A stretch of 64,000 bases of DNA from a virus. A model generated the notes under the pieces. It made no database searches, was not told the origin of the DNA, and saw only the letters and a list, made by a program, of their open reading frames with translations. Positions within the stretch are counted from its first letter, which is position 1. Every line of letters begins with the position of its first letter. Location of the stretch: positions 1 through 64,000 of IMG/VR virus record IMGVR_UViG_3300021963_000040; one strand, given 5' to 3'. The position numbers and the translations under genes were made by a program. This document shows, in pieces, positions 11,301-21,523 of the stretch.

Positions 11301-14300
11301 TTGCAGGTAGCTCTACATTAACAGCAGGTGTTAATAACGACAACTTAACATTTGAAGCAGGCTCTGGTATTAACATTACAACCAATGCCGGTATTAAGTC
11401 AGTTGTTATATCTAATACTGGTGTTAATGGATTAGTTGGTACACCTAATAGAGTTACAGTTTCTAATTCTACAGGAACTGTAACATTAACAACACCTCAA
11501 GATATTCACACAGGTGCGAGCCCAACATTTAACAACATCACTGCAACAGGTGGTGTAATTAATACTGGTGCTACTACATCATTCTTATTCCCAACAGTAG
11601 CAACAACTGTTAACATTGCTTCTGTGGCTAACGCTATTAACATTGGTAGAGCAAGTACTACAGTTACTATTCCTGGTAACTTAGTAGTTCAAGGTTCAAG
11701 CAGTATTGTTAACTCAACAGTAACATCTGTTCAAGATCCAATGATGGAACTTGGTGGCGGTCCTGACGGTGCATTACTAACTAGCGACGATGGTAAAGAT
11801 AGAGGTATTGCTTATCAATATTATTCAACAACAGCCAAGAAAGGCTTCTTTGGTCGTTCTGCATCAAACGGTAAGTTTGTTTATATTCCGACAGCTACTA
11901 TCTCCAGCGACATTGCAACAGGAGCAATTGGTGCATTTGATCTAAGCGGTACAGATGTATTAACTATTGCAGGTAATACTGGTTCTAAGACTCTAAAAGG
12001 TGGGGAAACATTTACTATCAGCGGTGGTTCATTACTAAGCACAACCGTAAGTAACAACACATTAACATTAGGTCTAAACAATACAGCAGTATCAGCAGGT
12101 ACATATGGTTCTGCAACACAAACTGTAACATTTACAGTTGATGCACAAGGTAGACTAACTGGTGCAAGTCAGCAAAGTATTGCTATTCCTAGCACACAAA
12201 TTACTGACTTTACTGAAGCCGCACAAGATGCCGCATCAGCATTGTTCACTAACGGAACACACACTGGTATTACTGCGGCCTATGATGATAACAACGGTAA
12301 AATTAATCTAAGCCTAAATACAACTGGTGTAACAACTGGTACATGGACAAAAGTAACAGTAGATACATACGGTAGAATTACAGCGGGTACAAATTTAACC
12401 GGCACAGACATTACTAATACATTAGGTTATACTCCACTTAATAAAGCCGGAGATGGCATGTCTGGTTTCTTAACATTAAGTGCCGATCCAACTAATAGTT
12501 TACATGCCGCTACTAAAGGTTATGTTGATACTAGTATTAATACTTTAACTACATTAGTTAATTTAGTAAGTAAACCTGCGGTTAAAGTAGCAACAATTTC
12601 TAACTTAGCATCACTAAGCGGAACTCAAACCATTGACGGTTATGCTACATCTGTAGGTGACAGAGTTTTAGTCAAAGACCAAAATACACCTAGCCAAAAC
12701 GGTATTTACATTGTTGCATCTGGTTCATGGACTCGCGCCGCAGATGCAAGCCAAGGTACATTGGTTCCTGGTGCATACGTAACAGTATTAAATGGTAATA
12801 CATGGTCTGGATATTCCTTTATTTGTAACAACGGAACACAGATTACAGTTGGTACAACTGATGTAACATTTAACATCTTCCAAGCACCTGTAGCATTCAT
12901 GGGCGGTGCTGGCTTAGTACGTAATAGTTTAACATTTGATGTAGGAACAGCAAGCTCAAATCGTATTGTAGTTAACGCCGACAATATCGACTTGGCAACA
13001 ACAGGTGTAGTTTCAGGCACATATAATACTGTTACAGTAGATGCGTATGGTCGTGTTACAACGGGTGCTAACACAGCATACTTAACACAGAACGAAGTAA
13101 TTAACGTAACAGGTGATGTTACTGGTTCCGGTCGTCAATCATTAGGTTTAACCTTAGTTAATAGTGGCGTAACAGCAGGTACATATGGTACATCAATGGC
13201 CGTTCCACGTATTACCGTTGACGCAAAAGGTCGTGTAACTAATGTTACAACTGAAGCATTTGTTGCTCCAGTTAATAGCGTTGCAGGTAAAGTTGGTAAT
13301 ATTACACTAACTGCGGCTGATGTTGGATTGACTAACTTGGCTAATAGCTTACAAGTTATCAACGATGGTTCAACCCCAAGCATTGCGGCCGGTCTAGAAT
13401 CTGCCAAAGGTAGTCCGGACATTACCAAGGTTGGTAGAATTTGGATAGCAACAGATACAACAACACTATGGAGAGATACTGGTACTGCATGGATTCCATT
13501 GATTCCGCAATTTACTGGTGATGTTACAAAACCATTAGGTAGTACAGCATTAACATTATCTAACACTGGTGTTACTGCCGGCGTATACGGTAACGGCGCC
13601 CAAATTCCTATTGTAACAGTTGACGCTAAGGGCCGTGTAACAAGCATTTCTACAAGCCCAATTACAGGTTCATTCACATTGATTATGCAAGGTGACATGA
13701 CTGCTAGCGGTACTTCTGAACAAACTATTACAGCAACATTAGCAAATACTGGCGTAGTTGCTGGTAACTATGGTACAGGTACAACTATTCCTGCAATAAC
13801 AGTAGATACAAAAGGTCGAATTACTTCTGCAACTACAACACCAATTTCATTCCCAGTAGCCAGCGTTGCTGGCAAGACTGGCACAGTTACACTATCTGCA
13901 TCTGACGTTGGACTAAGTGCGGTTGCTAACAACCTACAAGTTATCAACGCTGGCAATGCCGTAAGTATTGCAACAGGTCTAAACAGTGGTAAGCCTGCGG
14001 CCGCAACAGCAGGTCGTTTATACTTCTCAACAGACACCGGCGGCATCTACTACGATACTGGTAGTGCTTGGACACTAATGACTCCTGCGTTAAGCGGAGA
14101 TGCTACTACATCTGCAAACGGTACAACAATTACTCTTGCTAACACAGGTGTAACAGCAGGTACATATGGTAGTTCCAGCGTTGTTCCGGTTGTAACAGTA
14201 GACTCAAAAGGACGTATTACTGGTGTAAGCACAGCAAGCATTCCTTCTAGTTCAATTACTATAACAGGTGATATTAGCGTAAGCGGCACCGCAGGTACAT

Positions 14301-17300
14301 CAATGACTGCTACACTAGCTACTAGTGGCGTAACAGCAGGCTCATATGGTAGCTCAACATCTATTCCGGTAATTACAGTTGATAGTAAAGGTCGTGTAAC
14401 AAGTTTATCTACAAGTTCTATATCTAGTACAATTACACTAACAGGAGATGTAACAGCTACAGGCTCAACTGGTTCTAGTTTTGCTACTACATTAGCGGCA
14501 AGCGGTGTAACAGCAGGCTCATACGGTTCTACAACACAAGTTGGTGTAGTAACAGTTGATACCAAAGGTCGTGTAACCAGTGCAAGCAATTCTTCTATAG
14601 CGTTCCCTGTAACTAGCGTTGCAAGCCGTACTGGTGCAGTTACATTAACAAAAACTGATGTTGGACTTGCTAACGTTTCAAATAGTTTACAAGTTATTAA
14701 TAGTGGTAGCGCAAATACATTACAAGTTGGCACAGCCGCAAGCCGCCCAACAGCAGGTACTAGTGGTAGAATTTATATTACCAGCGATACTAACACATTG
14801 TTCTGGGATAACGGTACAAGCTGGACAAGCATTACGCCAGCATATACAGGCGATGCAACAGTTGCGGCCGGCGCAACAACTATTACATTAGCCAATAGCG
14901 GTGTATCAGCGGGTACATATGGTTCTGCTACAGCCATTCCAACAATTACTGTAGATGCAAAAGGTCGTGTAACTAGTGTATCTACATCAAGTATTTCTAG
15001 CGCATTGACATTCACCGGCGATGCAACTGGATCTGGTTCAACTGGCGGTTCAGTGGCATTGACACTAGCCAATAGCGGTGTAACAGCAGGTACATATACA
15101 AAGGTAACTGTAAACGCTAAAGGCTTAGTAACAGCAGGTGCAACAGCCACAGCTGATGATATGGCTGAAGGTGCAACCAACAAGTATTATACTGATGCTA
15201 GAGCAAGAGCCGCAGTAAGTGCCGGCACAGGCATTAGTTATAATAGTTCAACTGGGGTATTCAGTTTACCACAATCAATAGCAACAACAGACGGTGTTAC
15301 ATTTGGTTCCGCTACAATTACAGGTAACCTAAGTGTTGGTGGTACATTAACTGTAACTGGAGGTACTACTACTATTCAAAGCTCTACGCTAAACGTTACA
15401 GATCCAATGATTTATCTAGCTAGCGGTAATAGTGCAAACTTAGCAGACATTGGTTTTGTTGGTAGTAGTGTTATCAGCAGTACAACCAAATATACAGGTT
15501 TAGTAAAAGTTGCGGCAGATGGTAAGTGGCGCTTGTTTGGCGGTATTACCAGCGTTCCTACTACAACTATTAATACCGCAGATGTTGGCTTTACTAAAGA
15601 TACATTATTAGCTAACATTGAAGGTAACGTTACTGGTAACCTTACTGGTGCAGTAACAGGTAACGCTGACACAGCAACCAAGTTAGCAACAGCACGTACT
15701 ATTACCTTAGCCGGTGACGTATCTGGTAGCGCATCTTTTGACGGTAGTGCAAATATAAGCATTACTACAACTGGCGTATCTTCTCCTAAGTGGAGTACAG
15801 CACGTACATTGAGCTTTACTGGTGATGCAACAGGTAGCATGTCAGTTGACGGTAGTGCAAATGCAAGCACCGCACTAACATTAGCCGCATCCGGTGTAGC
15901 GGCAGGCGTTTACGGTAGCTCAACAGCTATTCCATTAATCACAGTTAACTCCAAAGGTTTAATTACCAGCGTAAGCACAAGTAATATTTCTGTAACATCT
16001 AGTAGTATCAGCGACTTTACAACAGCGGCTCGTGCAGTTAACTCTGCAGGCTCTGGTATTACATATAGCGGCGGCGTAATTACTAATACTGGTGTATTGG
16101 CAGTAAGCGCAGGCACCGGCATTAGTGTAAGCACAACAGGCGGTACAGCAACTATTACTAACGGTGACTTAGGTTCATCACAAATGATCTATAAGAACAT
16201 TAGTGATGGCACAACAACAGCATCTGCAGGTTCTAACAACGATACAATTAAATTTAGAGCAAGTACAGGTGTTACAGTAACAGTAGGTAGTAATGATGCA
16301 ACTCACGGCGATAACGTGTTAATTGGATTAAGTTCTATTCCAAACTCTTCGTTAGCTAACAGTTCAGTAACTGTAACAGCAGGTACCGGCTTAAGTGGCG
16401 GTGGTTCAGTTGGTTTAGGTAGTTCTATTACATTAACCAACGCAGGTGTAACAAGCATCAGCGGTACAGCTAACCAAGTTGTTGCTACCGGAAGTACAGG
16501 TGCTGTAACATTAAGTTTACCACAAAGCATTGCGACGGCTTCAAGTCCTACTTTTGCAGGTATGACATTAAGCGGTTTAACAGGATATGTTTATGCTAAC
16601 GGTGCTGGGGTAATGACAGCCAGTGCCACAATACCTGCCGCGGCAATCAGTGGTTCAATTCCAAGTACAACTAACGCAGTTAACACTGGTATTACTGACG
16701 ACACAACTACAGCGGCCACAAAGTATATTACATGGGTAGATGCAACAAGTGGTAATCAACCACAGAAGGTAAGCTCTACTAAGTTAACATTTAACCCAAG
16801 CACAGGCGATCTAACAGCAACTAGGTTTGTTGGTTCTGGTGCAGGATTAACAAGCATTCCAACAAGCGCATTAGCAAGCAGTTCAGTAACTATTACAGCA
16901 GGTTCTGGCTTAACTGGTGGCGGTACTGTTTCATTAGGTAATAGTATTACAATTACCAATGCTGGTGTAACTAGTATTACTGCCGGTACAGGCATGAGTG
17001 TGTCCGCATCTACTGGTGCGTTGACTGTTAATAACACAGGTGTAACAAGTATTACTGGTACAGCTAACCAAATTACCGCAAGCGCAAGCACAGGCGGTAT
17101 TACACTAAGTCTACCACAAAGTATTGCAACAGGGTCTACACCGACATTTGCTGGTGTAATTGCTGGTAACTTCTATGACAGCACAGGCACATATAACAGT
17201 AACTTAGGTAGCGGTAACTCTGCAGGCCGAGGTGTTGTTGCAGGTTATAGCGGTGGCGCATATGGCGGTATTGGTTATAACATTACTCATACTGGAACAA

Positions 17301-18796
17301 GCTCAGTATACAACAAACCATTAAACGATACAACAAGTTATCTACGTTTTGATACAGGTGGATTTAACTTCTTAACTAATACCAGCGCAACAGCCGCAAG
17401 TAGTATTTCAATGACATCTATTGCTTCTCTAAGCAGTGGTGGTGTGTTCAATGCTACTGGTGGTTTACAAGTTAACGGTGTTAACGTAGTTACAACTGGT
17501 ACCATATCAGGCCTAGCACCTAGCTTAACAGGTTCAGGTGCAAGCGGTACATGGGGTATTAGTATTTCAGGTAATGCGGCTACAGTAACCAGTGGTGTTT
17601 ATACAACCGGTTCATATGCAGATCCTGCATGGATTACAAGCCTAGCAGGTTCAAAAATTACAGGTACTATTTCCGGTACCGTAGCTTCAGCTACTAATGC
17701 AACCACAGTAGGCGGCGTATCTAAGTCTCAGTTGTTTAATAACACAGGTAACAACCATAGTACATATCAGTCATTTGGCGCTATACCTGACTTTGGCTTC
17801 TATCACATACAAAACAACGCGGCCGCAGATCGCCCATCTAACCACCAACAGTATTCGTTGACTTTTGGTTTAGGTAACGATTATGCGCTAAGTTCTTATG
17901 CACACCAAGTTGCGTTCCCTCGTATCGGTACATATAGCGGCTCTGGTGGTGATAACAACAACTACATGTGGATTCGTCAGCGTGAAGGCGGCACCTGGAG
18001 TAACTGGGGCAAGGTATATGCAGGTTATGCAGATACTGCCGGCACAGCAAGTAACATCAGTGCATACACTATTAACCAAAACGTTGGTTCTAGTAACGCT
18101 CCTACATTTGCTGGTCTAACCTTAACCGGTGCAGTAACAAATAGTAGCACAACTACTTTCAACGGCGCAGTTAACGTTGGCACAAGCACTAACTTATCAT
18201 TCGGTAGCCAAACACGCCAGATGATTAACTTATGGAGTACATCATATGGTTTAGGTGTACAGTCAAGTACAACTTATATCCGCTCTGGTGGTAGATTCAG
18301 CTTCCACAGAGGCGGCACACATAGTGATACTGAAAACGATCCAGGATCTGGTGGTACAGTAGCAATGAGCTTAGACAGCTCTAGCAACTTAAACGTTACT
18401 GGTGACGTTGTAACAGCATTCTCAGATATCCGCTTAAAAGTTATAGAAGGTAAGATTCTAAGTGCAGTTGACAAAGTTAAACAGCTTGACGGTTTCTACT
18501 ATACAGACAATGACCTAGCTAAAGAAATTGGTGCCGGCAACGGTAAACGTAAAGTCGGTCTAAGTGCTCAACAAGTACAGGCCGTATTGCCAGAAGCTAC
18601 ACAAATTGCACCATTTGACCAAGACGAGAACGGTAACAGTAAGAGCGGCAAGGATTACCTAACCGTTCAATACGAAAAACTAGCACCATTGTTTGTTGAA
18701 GCGATCAAAGAACAAGATGCTAAGATCGAAGCACAGGCAAAAGAAATTGCTGATCTTAAAAATCTTGTTGCTCAGCTCATGGATAAATTAAAGTAA
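8342..18796 (+). CDS. Giant (3484-aa) repetitive fibre protein with a C-terminal intramolecular chaperone (peptidase S74-like)
   Basis: T/G/S-rich, with about 18 copies of GVxAGxY...TVDxKGRxT. The C-terminus has SDIRLK...VGLSAQQVQAVLPEA...YEKLAPLFVEAIKEQ plus a coiled coil. Confidence 0.85.
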   Translation: MYKIKTNNSFVINTAGTDQLEVGPNGDIQVLTGYLSTTKKPTQSFHVATKEYVDSVAQGLDVKESCQALADSNVNISNPPNTIDTWILSIGDRILLINQAEKADNGIWVYNGPGNPLTRASDANSNDLVTNGMYALVTEGTSYRATGWILTTAGAIDLGVTHLTFVQFTGTGGLTAGNGIQFAGRVISAVSANVDNIDISSAGINLAPIGPGYGTYNHVTADAYGRIVAAEHINYLTDNNIITIVGDASGSGRTTINLTLANTGVTPGLYTPELNKAPTFSVDNHGRLTYAGLGNVTITASSVTDFAEAVQDTVNDFINLDPSTGLQTTYNDGANTYTLSLRTTGVAAGTYGDDTHTVIATVDAQGRITNLEEVLIDFPVKSVNGANGDVIVDESGNLTLDKTSVGLGNLENALQVINAGGVPRMLVGTTATRPANNSAAPGTLFVNTDTFAIERDTGVVWTTIRPAVAGDVNIPAGSGSSVLSNSGVTAGTYTKVIVDAKGRVTSGTQVTNNDIVTGLGYTPLNLAGDTMTGPLAVQGGALNDLPITFSGNTTTGIYSPGTNSIAIVTNGVARQRVTSGGRTLIGAGVDNNVDVLQVFGNIKANDPTSTSHVATKNYVDTSISAAIAISTTDDVDEGLGNLYYTDTRVRNALGVSGNLQYNALTGVFSYITPNTDGITEGSTNKYYTDTRVRNALAASGSGLLYNAVNGTFTVNSTANATANTLVFRDVNGNFSAGTITATLQGNAATSTRLATARTIAISGDATWSTSFDGSTNVTSGLTLSTVNSAPGSFGATNKTLSATVDAKGRITALSHADINIVSAQISDWASSVRTTAGGMFTSNAESGVAAVYNSTTGKVDFDVADFDLTFTGDATGTNSVINLTNTSIALTLADTGITAGVVGGANAIPVLTLDSKGRVIGVNTTVPNITASNVSNFVEAAQDATASLITAATHEGVSVAYDDDNNKLAFTNTDKGSTQQIFKNIFVAGSSTLTAGVNNDNLTFEAGSGINITTNAGIKSVVISNTGVNGLVGTPNRVTVSNSTGTVTLTTPQDIHTGASPTFNNITATGGVINTGATTSFLFPTVATTVNIASVANAINIGRASTTVTIPGNLVVQGSSSIVNSTVTSVQDPMMELGGGPDGALLTSDDGKDRGIAYQYYSTTAKKGFFGRSASNGKFVYIPTATISSDIATGAIGAFDLSGTDVLTIAGNTGSKTLKGGETFTISGGSLLSTTVSNNTLTLGLNNTAVSAGTYGSATQTVTFTVDAQGRLTGASQQSIAIPSTQITDFTEAAQDAASALFTNGTHTGITAAYDDNNGKINLSLNTTGVTTGTWTKVTVDTYGRITAGTNLTGTDITNTLGYTPLNKAGDGMSGFLTLSADPTNSLHAATKGYVDTSINTLTTLVNLVSKPAVKVATISNLASLSGTQTIDGYATSVGDRVLVKDQNTPSQNGIYIVASGSWTRAADASQGTLVPGAYVTVLNGNTWSGYSFICNNGTQITVGTTDVTFNIFQAPVAFMGGAGLVRNSLTFDVGTASSNRIVVNADNIDLATTGVVSGTYNTVTVDAYGRVTTGANTAYLTQNEVINVTGDVTGSGRQSLGLTLVNSGVTAGTYGTSMAVPRITVDAKGRVTNVTTEAFVAPVNSVAGKVGNITLTAADVGLTNLANSLQVINDGSTPSIAAGLESAKGSPDITKVGRIWIATDTTTLWRDTGTAWIPLIPQFTGDVTKPLGSTALTLSNTGVTAGVYGNGAQIPIVTVDAKGRVTSISTSPITGSFTLIMQGDMTASGTSEQTITATLANTGVVAGNYGTGTTIPAITVDTKGRITSATTTPISFPVASVAGKTGTVTLSASDVGLSAVANNLQVINAGNAVSIATGLNSGKPAAATAGRLYFSTDTGGIYYDTGSAWTLMTPALSGDATTSANGTTITLANTGVTAGTYGSSSVVPVVTVDSKGRITGVSTASIPSSSITITGDISVSGTAGTSMTATLATSGVTAGSYGSSTSIPVITVDSKGRVTSLSTSSISSTITLTGDVTATGSTGSSFATTLAASGVTAGSYGSTTQVGVVTVDTKGRVTSASNSSIAFPVTSVASRTGAVTLTKTDVGLANVSNSLQVINSGSANTLQVGTAASRPTAGTSGRIYITSDTNTLFWDNGTSWTSITPAYTGDATVAAGATTITLANSGVSAGTYGSATAIPTITVDAKGRVTSVSTSSISSALTFTGDATGSGSTGGSVALTLANSGVTAGTYTKVTVNAKGLVTAGATATADDMAEGATNKYYTDARARAAVSAGTGISYNSSTGVFSLPQSIATTDGVTFGSATITGNLSVGGTLTVTGGTTTIQSSTLNVTDPMIYLASGNSANLADIGFVGSSVISSTTKYTGLVKVAADGKWRLFGGITSVPTTTINTADVGFTKDTLLANIEGNVTGNLTGAVTGNADTATKLATARTITLAGDVSGSASFDGSANISITTTGVSSPKWSTARTLSFTGDATGSMSVDGSANASTALTLAASGVAAGVYGSSTAIPLITVNSKGLITSVSTSNISVTSSSISDFTTAARAVNSAGSGITYSGGVITNTGVLAVSAGTGISVSTTGGTATITNGDLGSSQMIYKNISDGTTTASAGSNNDTIKFRASTGVTVTVGSNDATHGDNVLIGLSSIPNSSLANSSVTVTAGTGLSGGGSVGLGSSITLTNAGVTSISGTANQVVATGSTGAVTLSLPQSIATASSPTFAGMTLSGLTGYVYANGAGVMTASATIPAAAISGSIPSTTNAVNTGITDDTTTAATKYITWVDATSGNQPQKVSSTKLTFNPSTGDLTATRFVGSGAGLTSIPTSALASSSVTITAGSGLTGGGTVSLGNSITITNAGVTSITAGTGMSVSASTGALTVNNTGVTSITGTANQITASASTGGITLSLPQSIATGSTPTFAGVIAGNFYDSTGTYNSNLGSGNSAGRGVVAGYSGGAYGGIGYNITHTGTSSVYNKPLNDTTSYLRFDTGGFNFLTNTSATAASSISMTSIASLSSGGVFNATGGLQVNGVNVVTTGTISGLAPSLTGSGASGTWGISISGNAATVTSGVYTTGSYADPAWITSLAGSKITGTISGTVASATNATTVGGVSKSQLFNNTGNNHSTYQSFGAIPDFGFYHIQNNAAADRPSNHQQYSLTFGLGNDYALSSYAHQVAFPRIGTYSGSGGDNNNYMWIRQREGGTWSNWGKVYAGYADTAGTASNISAYTINQNVGSSNAPTFAGLTLTGAVTNSSTTTFNGAVNVGTSTNLSFGSQTRQMINLWSTSYGLGVQSSTTYIRSGGRFSFHRGGTHSDTENDPGSGGTVAMSLDSSSNLNVTGDVVTAFSDIRLKVIEGKILSAVDKVKQLDGFYYTDNDLAKEIGAGNGKRKVGLSAQQVQAVLPEATQIAPFDQDENGNSKSGKDYLTVQYEKLAPLFVEAIKEQDAKIEAQAKEIADLKNLVAQLMDKLK

Positions 18797-18806
18797 AGGA
18801 ATAAAA

Positions 18807-19109
18807 ATGGCAGTTAAAGTAAATGCAACCACAGTAGTTGATAACTCAGGTAACGTAACACCTAGTGGTAGTTTTTCTACATCAGGAAATATTACAGCTA
18901 CAGGAACTGTTACAGCGGCCAGTGCCAGTGTAACGGGTAACGCAACGGTTGTTGGTACTACACAATCATTGGCTTTTTATAATTTAAACACAATAAGTTC
19001 AAACTTAACGATCCCGGCAAATACTAATGCAATGTTAGCTGGCCCTTTAACAATAGCAAGCGGGGTTACAGTTACAGTAAGTAGCGGATCGGGCCTAGCT
19101 ATTGTTTAA
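18807..19109 (+). CDS. Small beta-rich fibre-associated protein
   Basis: AAGGA SD; TIPANTNAMLAGPLTIASGVTVTV resembles segments found in phage fibre proteins. Confidence 0.55.
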   Translation: MAVKVNATTVVDNSGNVTPSGSFSTSGNITATGTVTAASASVTGNATVVGTTQSLAFYNLNTISSNLTIPANTNAMLAGPLTIASGVTVTVSSGSGLAIV

Positions 19110-19117
19110 GGGACAAA

Positions 19118-19696
19118 ATGAGCAATTTGATAACTAACAATTTACAGGGTCCTAGTAACTTAATTAATATTAATCCTGGATCAACATTAAATGCCGCAAC
19201 CACAGGCGGCATTGTTGCCCCCGGAATGATTATTCAATCAGTTTGGAACAGCACTTCTAGTAGAAGAACATACACAAGTCCACAATCGGGTAGTGGACAA
19301 CCAATATATGAATTAGAATTAAAAATTACCCCTGTCAGATCAACTAGTCAAATATATTTGCAATGGATGTTATTTTATGAAATGCATCATGATAACGTTT
19401 TTACAATTTTACGTAATGGCAGTCTAGTTGGGTATAATACACAAATGGGAGACTATATGTGGTCCGGAGTACAAGGTGGTAGATATGATCAGGATGCGGC
19501 CAGTACTCCACAAAATATAGCAATAACATTTATAGATGCCCCTGGTGGAACAAGTACTTACAATTATCAGTTAGCTGTACGTTGCAGTTCAAATACCAGT
19601 TATACATTTGCGTTGAATAGGCCTCTTAACAGTTGGGGCGGAGACAGTAACGAAACAGGTGTTAGCATGGGAATAGCTATGGAGATTGCACAATGA
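19118..19696 (+). CDS. Fibre-tip-like paralogue 1 of 6 (subgroup A)
   Basis: Shared pattern PGMIIQ...ITP..S.I.L...FALNR...ETGVSMGIAMEIAQ. Confidence 0.7.
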   Translation: MSNLITNNLQGPSNLININPGSTLNAATTGGIVAPGMIIQSVWNSTSSRRTYTSPQSGSGQPIYELELKITPVRSTSQIYLQWMLFYEMHHDNVFTILRNGSLVGYNTQMGDYMWSGVQGGRYDQDAASTPQNIAITFIDAPGGTSTYNYQLAVRCSSNTSYTFALNRPLNSWGGDSNETGVSMGIAMEIAQ

Positions 19697-20286
19697 GTAC
19701 CTTAGTCACAGGCATGATTATGGCCCCTGGCGGCCTAGGCGGTGCTATCCAAGTAACTCCGGATACAAGATTAGTTGGCGCCGCGGCCGGTGCGTTTGTT
19801 GCAAGGGGAATGGTTATTCAAACTGTAATTAATAAACAAAATAATAGATCTACTTGGTCATCGCCTCCTACGGGCAACGGTACAACAATTACTGATATGA
19901 ATTTGACTATTAGTCCTAAGCGTGCCGGTAGTATTATTTTGTGTGAATGGACAATGTTTGGCGAAATTCAACATAACAATGTATTTGTTATACATAAGAA
20001 TGGTAGTTTAGCGCCAGGCGGGTACAACTTAAATGCAGGCAATAACCGCTGGTCCGGTTATCATACTTGCGTGTATGATGGTGACGATAATAGTACACCA
20101 GCCACACATCACATGATGTATTGGGATAGCCCTGCCTCTACTGCATCTGTAACTTATGCACCAGCGATAAGATGTTCTAACGGCAATACTTACACATTTG
20201 CGTTAAATCGTACTTTAGGCAGTACAGGCCAATGGGCATATGAGAACGGTGTAAGTATTGGTATAGCATGGGAGATAGCGGCATGA
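19693..20286 (+). CDS. Fibre-tip-like paralogue 2 of 6 (subgroup A)
   Basis: GMVIQ...ISP...FALNR...ENGVSIGIAWEIAA; ATGA overlap with the previous gene. Confidence 0.7.
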   Translation: MSTLVTGMIMAPGGLGGAIQVTPDTRLVGAAAGAFVARGMVIQTVINKQNNRSTWSSPPTGNGTTITDMNLTISPKRAGSIILCEWTMFGEIQHNNVFVIHKNGSLAPGGYNLNAGNNRWSGYHTCVYDGDDNSTPATHHMMYWDSPASTASVTYAPAIRCSNGNTYTFALNRTLGSTGQWAYENGVSIGIAWEIAA

Positions 20287-20879
20287 GTTTTACAGAAGTA
20301 GGATCACTAACAGCATTATCAAGCAATCAGATTAACGTACCCTCAGGTCATGTAATTCTAGGAGAAGCCGGAAGTATAGTAACCCCAGGTTCGGTAATTC
20401 AAACGGCTTTTTCAAGAACAGATGTAAGAACAAGTTATTATAACTATACTCAAAATGACTATGTTCAATCATGGACTCCTATTCGTCAACTACAATTAAG
20501 AATAAAGCCGCTGTATGCTAGTTCTGCTATTTTTGTAAAGTTTGTTGTAAACTATGAAATGGAATACAATAGTATTTGGAATTTGTTAAAAGATGAACAG
20601 CCTTTTATTAGTACTATGAATGAATCATATCCTAGACGTTGGGCCGGTATGTGCGCCACTAACTATGATATGGGCGATCATAGTTCTACACCAAACCAAT
20701 TAACAATGATGTGGGTAGATATGCCAGGATCTGATCAAGCGCAGTCTTATAGTCCTGGCTTTAGACGAGCCGACGGCGGCGGTGTAACCTGTTGGTTAAA
20801 TAGAACATACAGTAGTTCTGGACAAGATTCATATGAGGTAGGAGTTAGTTACGGGGTTGCTATGGAGATTGCACAATGA
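20283..20879 (+). CDS. Fibre-tip-like paralogue 3 of 6 (subgroup A)
   Basis: Start revised to ATG 20283 (ATGA overlap, GGAG SD); PGSVIQ...IKP...WLNR...EVGVSYGVAMEIAQ. Confidence 0.7.
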   Translation: MSFTEVGSLTALSSNQINVPSGHVILGEAGSIVTPGSVIQTAFSRTDVRTSYYNYTQNDYVQSWTPIRQLQLRIKPLYASSAIFVKFVVNYEMEYNSIWNLLKDEQPFISTMNESYPRRWAGMCATNYDMGDHSSTPNQLTMMWVDMPGSDQAQSYSPGFRRADGGGVTCWLNRTYSSSGQDSYEVGVSYGVAMEIAQ

Positions 20880-21523
20880 GTAATTATCTTAACGTTGACA
20901 ACTTTACTGCCTTGGGCGGTTCTGGAACAATTAATGTTAAAGCAGGAACGTCAATAAACGGGACTGGAGGTTCTATTCAATGTCCCGGACAAATTGCTCA
21001 AGTTAAATTTAAGCATCTAGGTCCCAGTAGGTTAGGTGTTAGAAACGACAACTTAACTTTAGTTCCAGGAACAGAATTAGATTTTCGTTGTTATAGAGGT
21101 AATAGTAAAGTTTTATTAACGGCAACAATATGTGCTAATGCTCCTTATGTAACATCTTTTGGATTTTTAGTTGACGGGGCCACAATGTGGGACGCAACAG
21201 GAAATAGTAATGCCGCTGGTGCAATAGTTACACAATATGTAGGAACAGCCGCGCCTAATACAAGCGGCTATTTATGGTACGGTGGTACAACGGCGGCGCA
21301 ACAAACAACATCAAGAAACACCAACTCTGCAGGACAAGAACAAGTATATCAATTTTCAATGCAATATGTTTATACTCCGGGTGATGGTTCTTTAAAAACA
21401 TACTCTATAGGAGCAACTTGTTCTTGGGCCGGTCAAGGTGGATATATGTTACTAATTAATGATAGATGGTCGTATGACATGAGAGGCACAAGTACTATCA
21501 GTGCCATGGAGATAACACAATGA
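20876..21523 (+). CDS. Fibre-tip-like paralogue 4 of 6 (subgroup B)
   Basis: PGQIAQ...SKVLL...VTSFGF...SW...INDRWSYDMRGTSTISAMEITQ. Confidence 0.7.
   Translation: MSNYLNVDNFTALGGSGTINVKAGTSINGTGGSIQCPGQIAQVKFKHLGPSRLGVRNDNLTLVPGTELDFRCYRGNSKVLLTATICANAPYVTSFGFLVDGATMWDATGNSNAAGAIVTQYVGTAAPNTSGYLWYGGTTAAQQTTSRNTNSAGQEQVYQFSMQYVYTPGDGSLKTYSIGATCSWAGQGGYMLLINDRWSYDMRGTSTISAMEITQ

Noticed and set aside
8539-18474. Numerous minus-strand ORFs (60-227 aa) within the giant fibre
   Set aside because: They are Val/Pro/Leu-rich mirror translations of Thr/Gly/Ser codons, with no independent expression signals.
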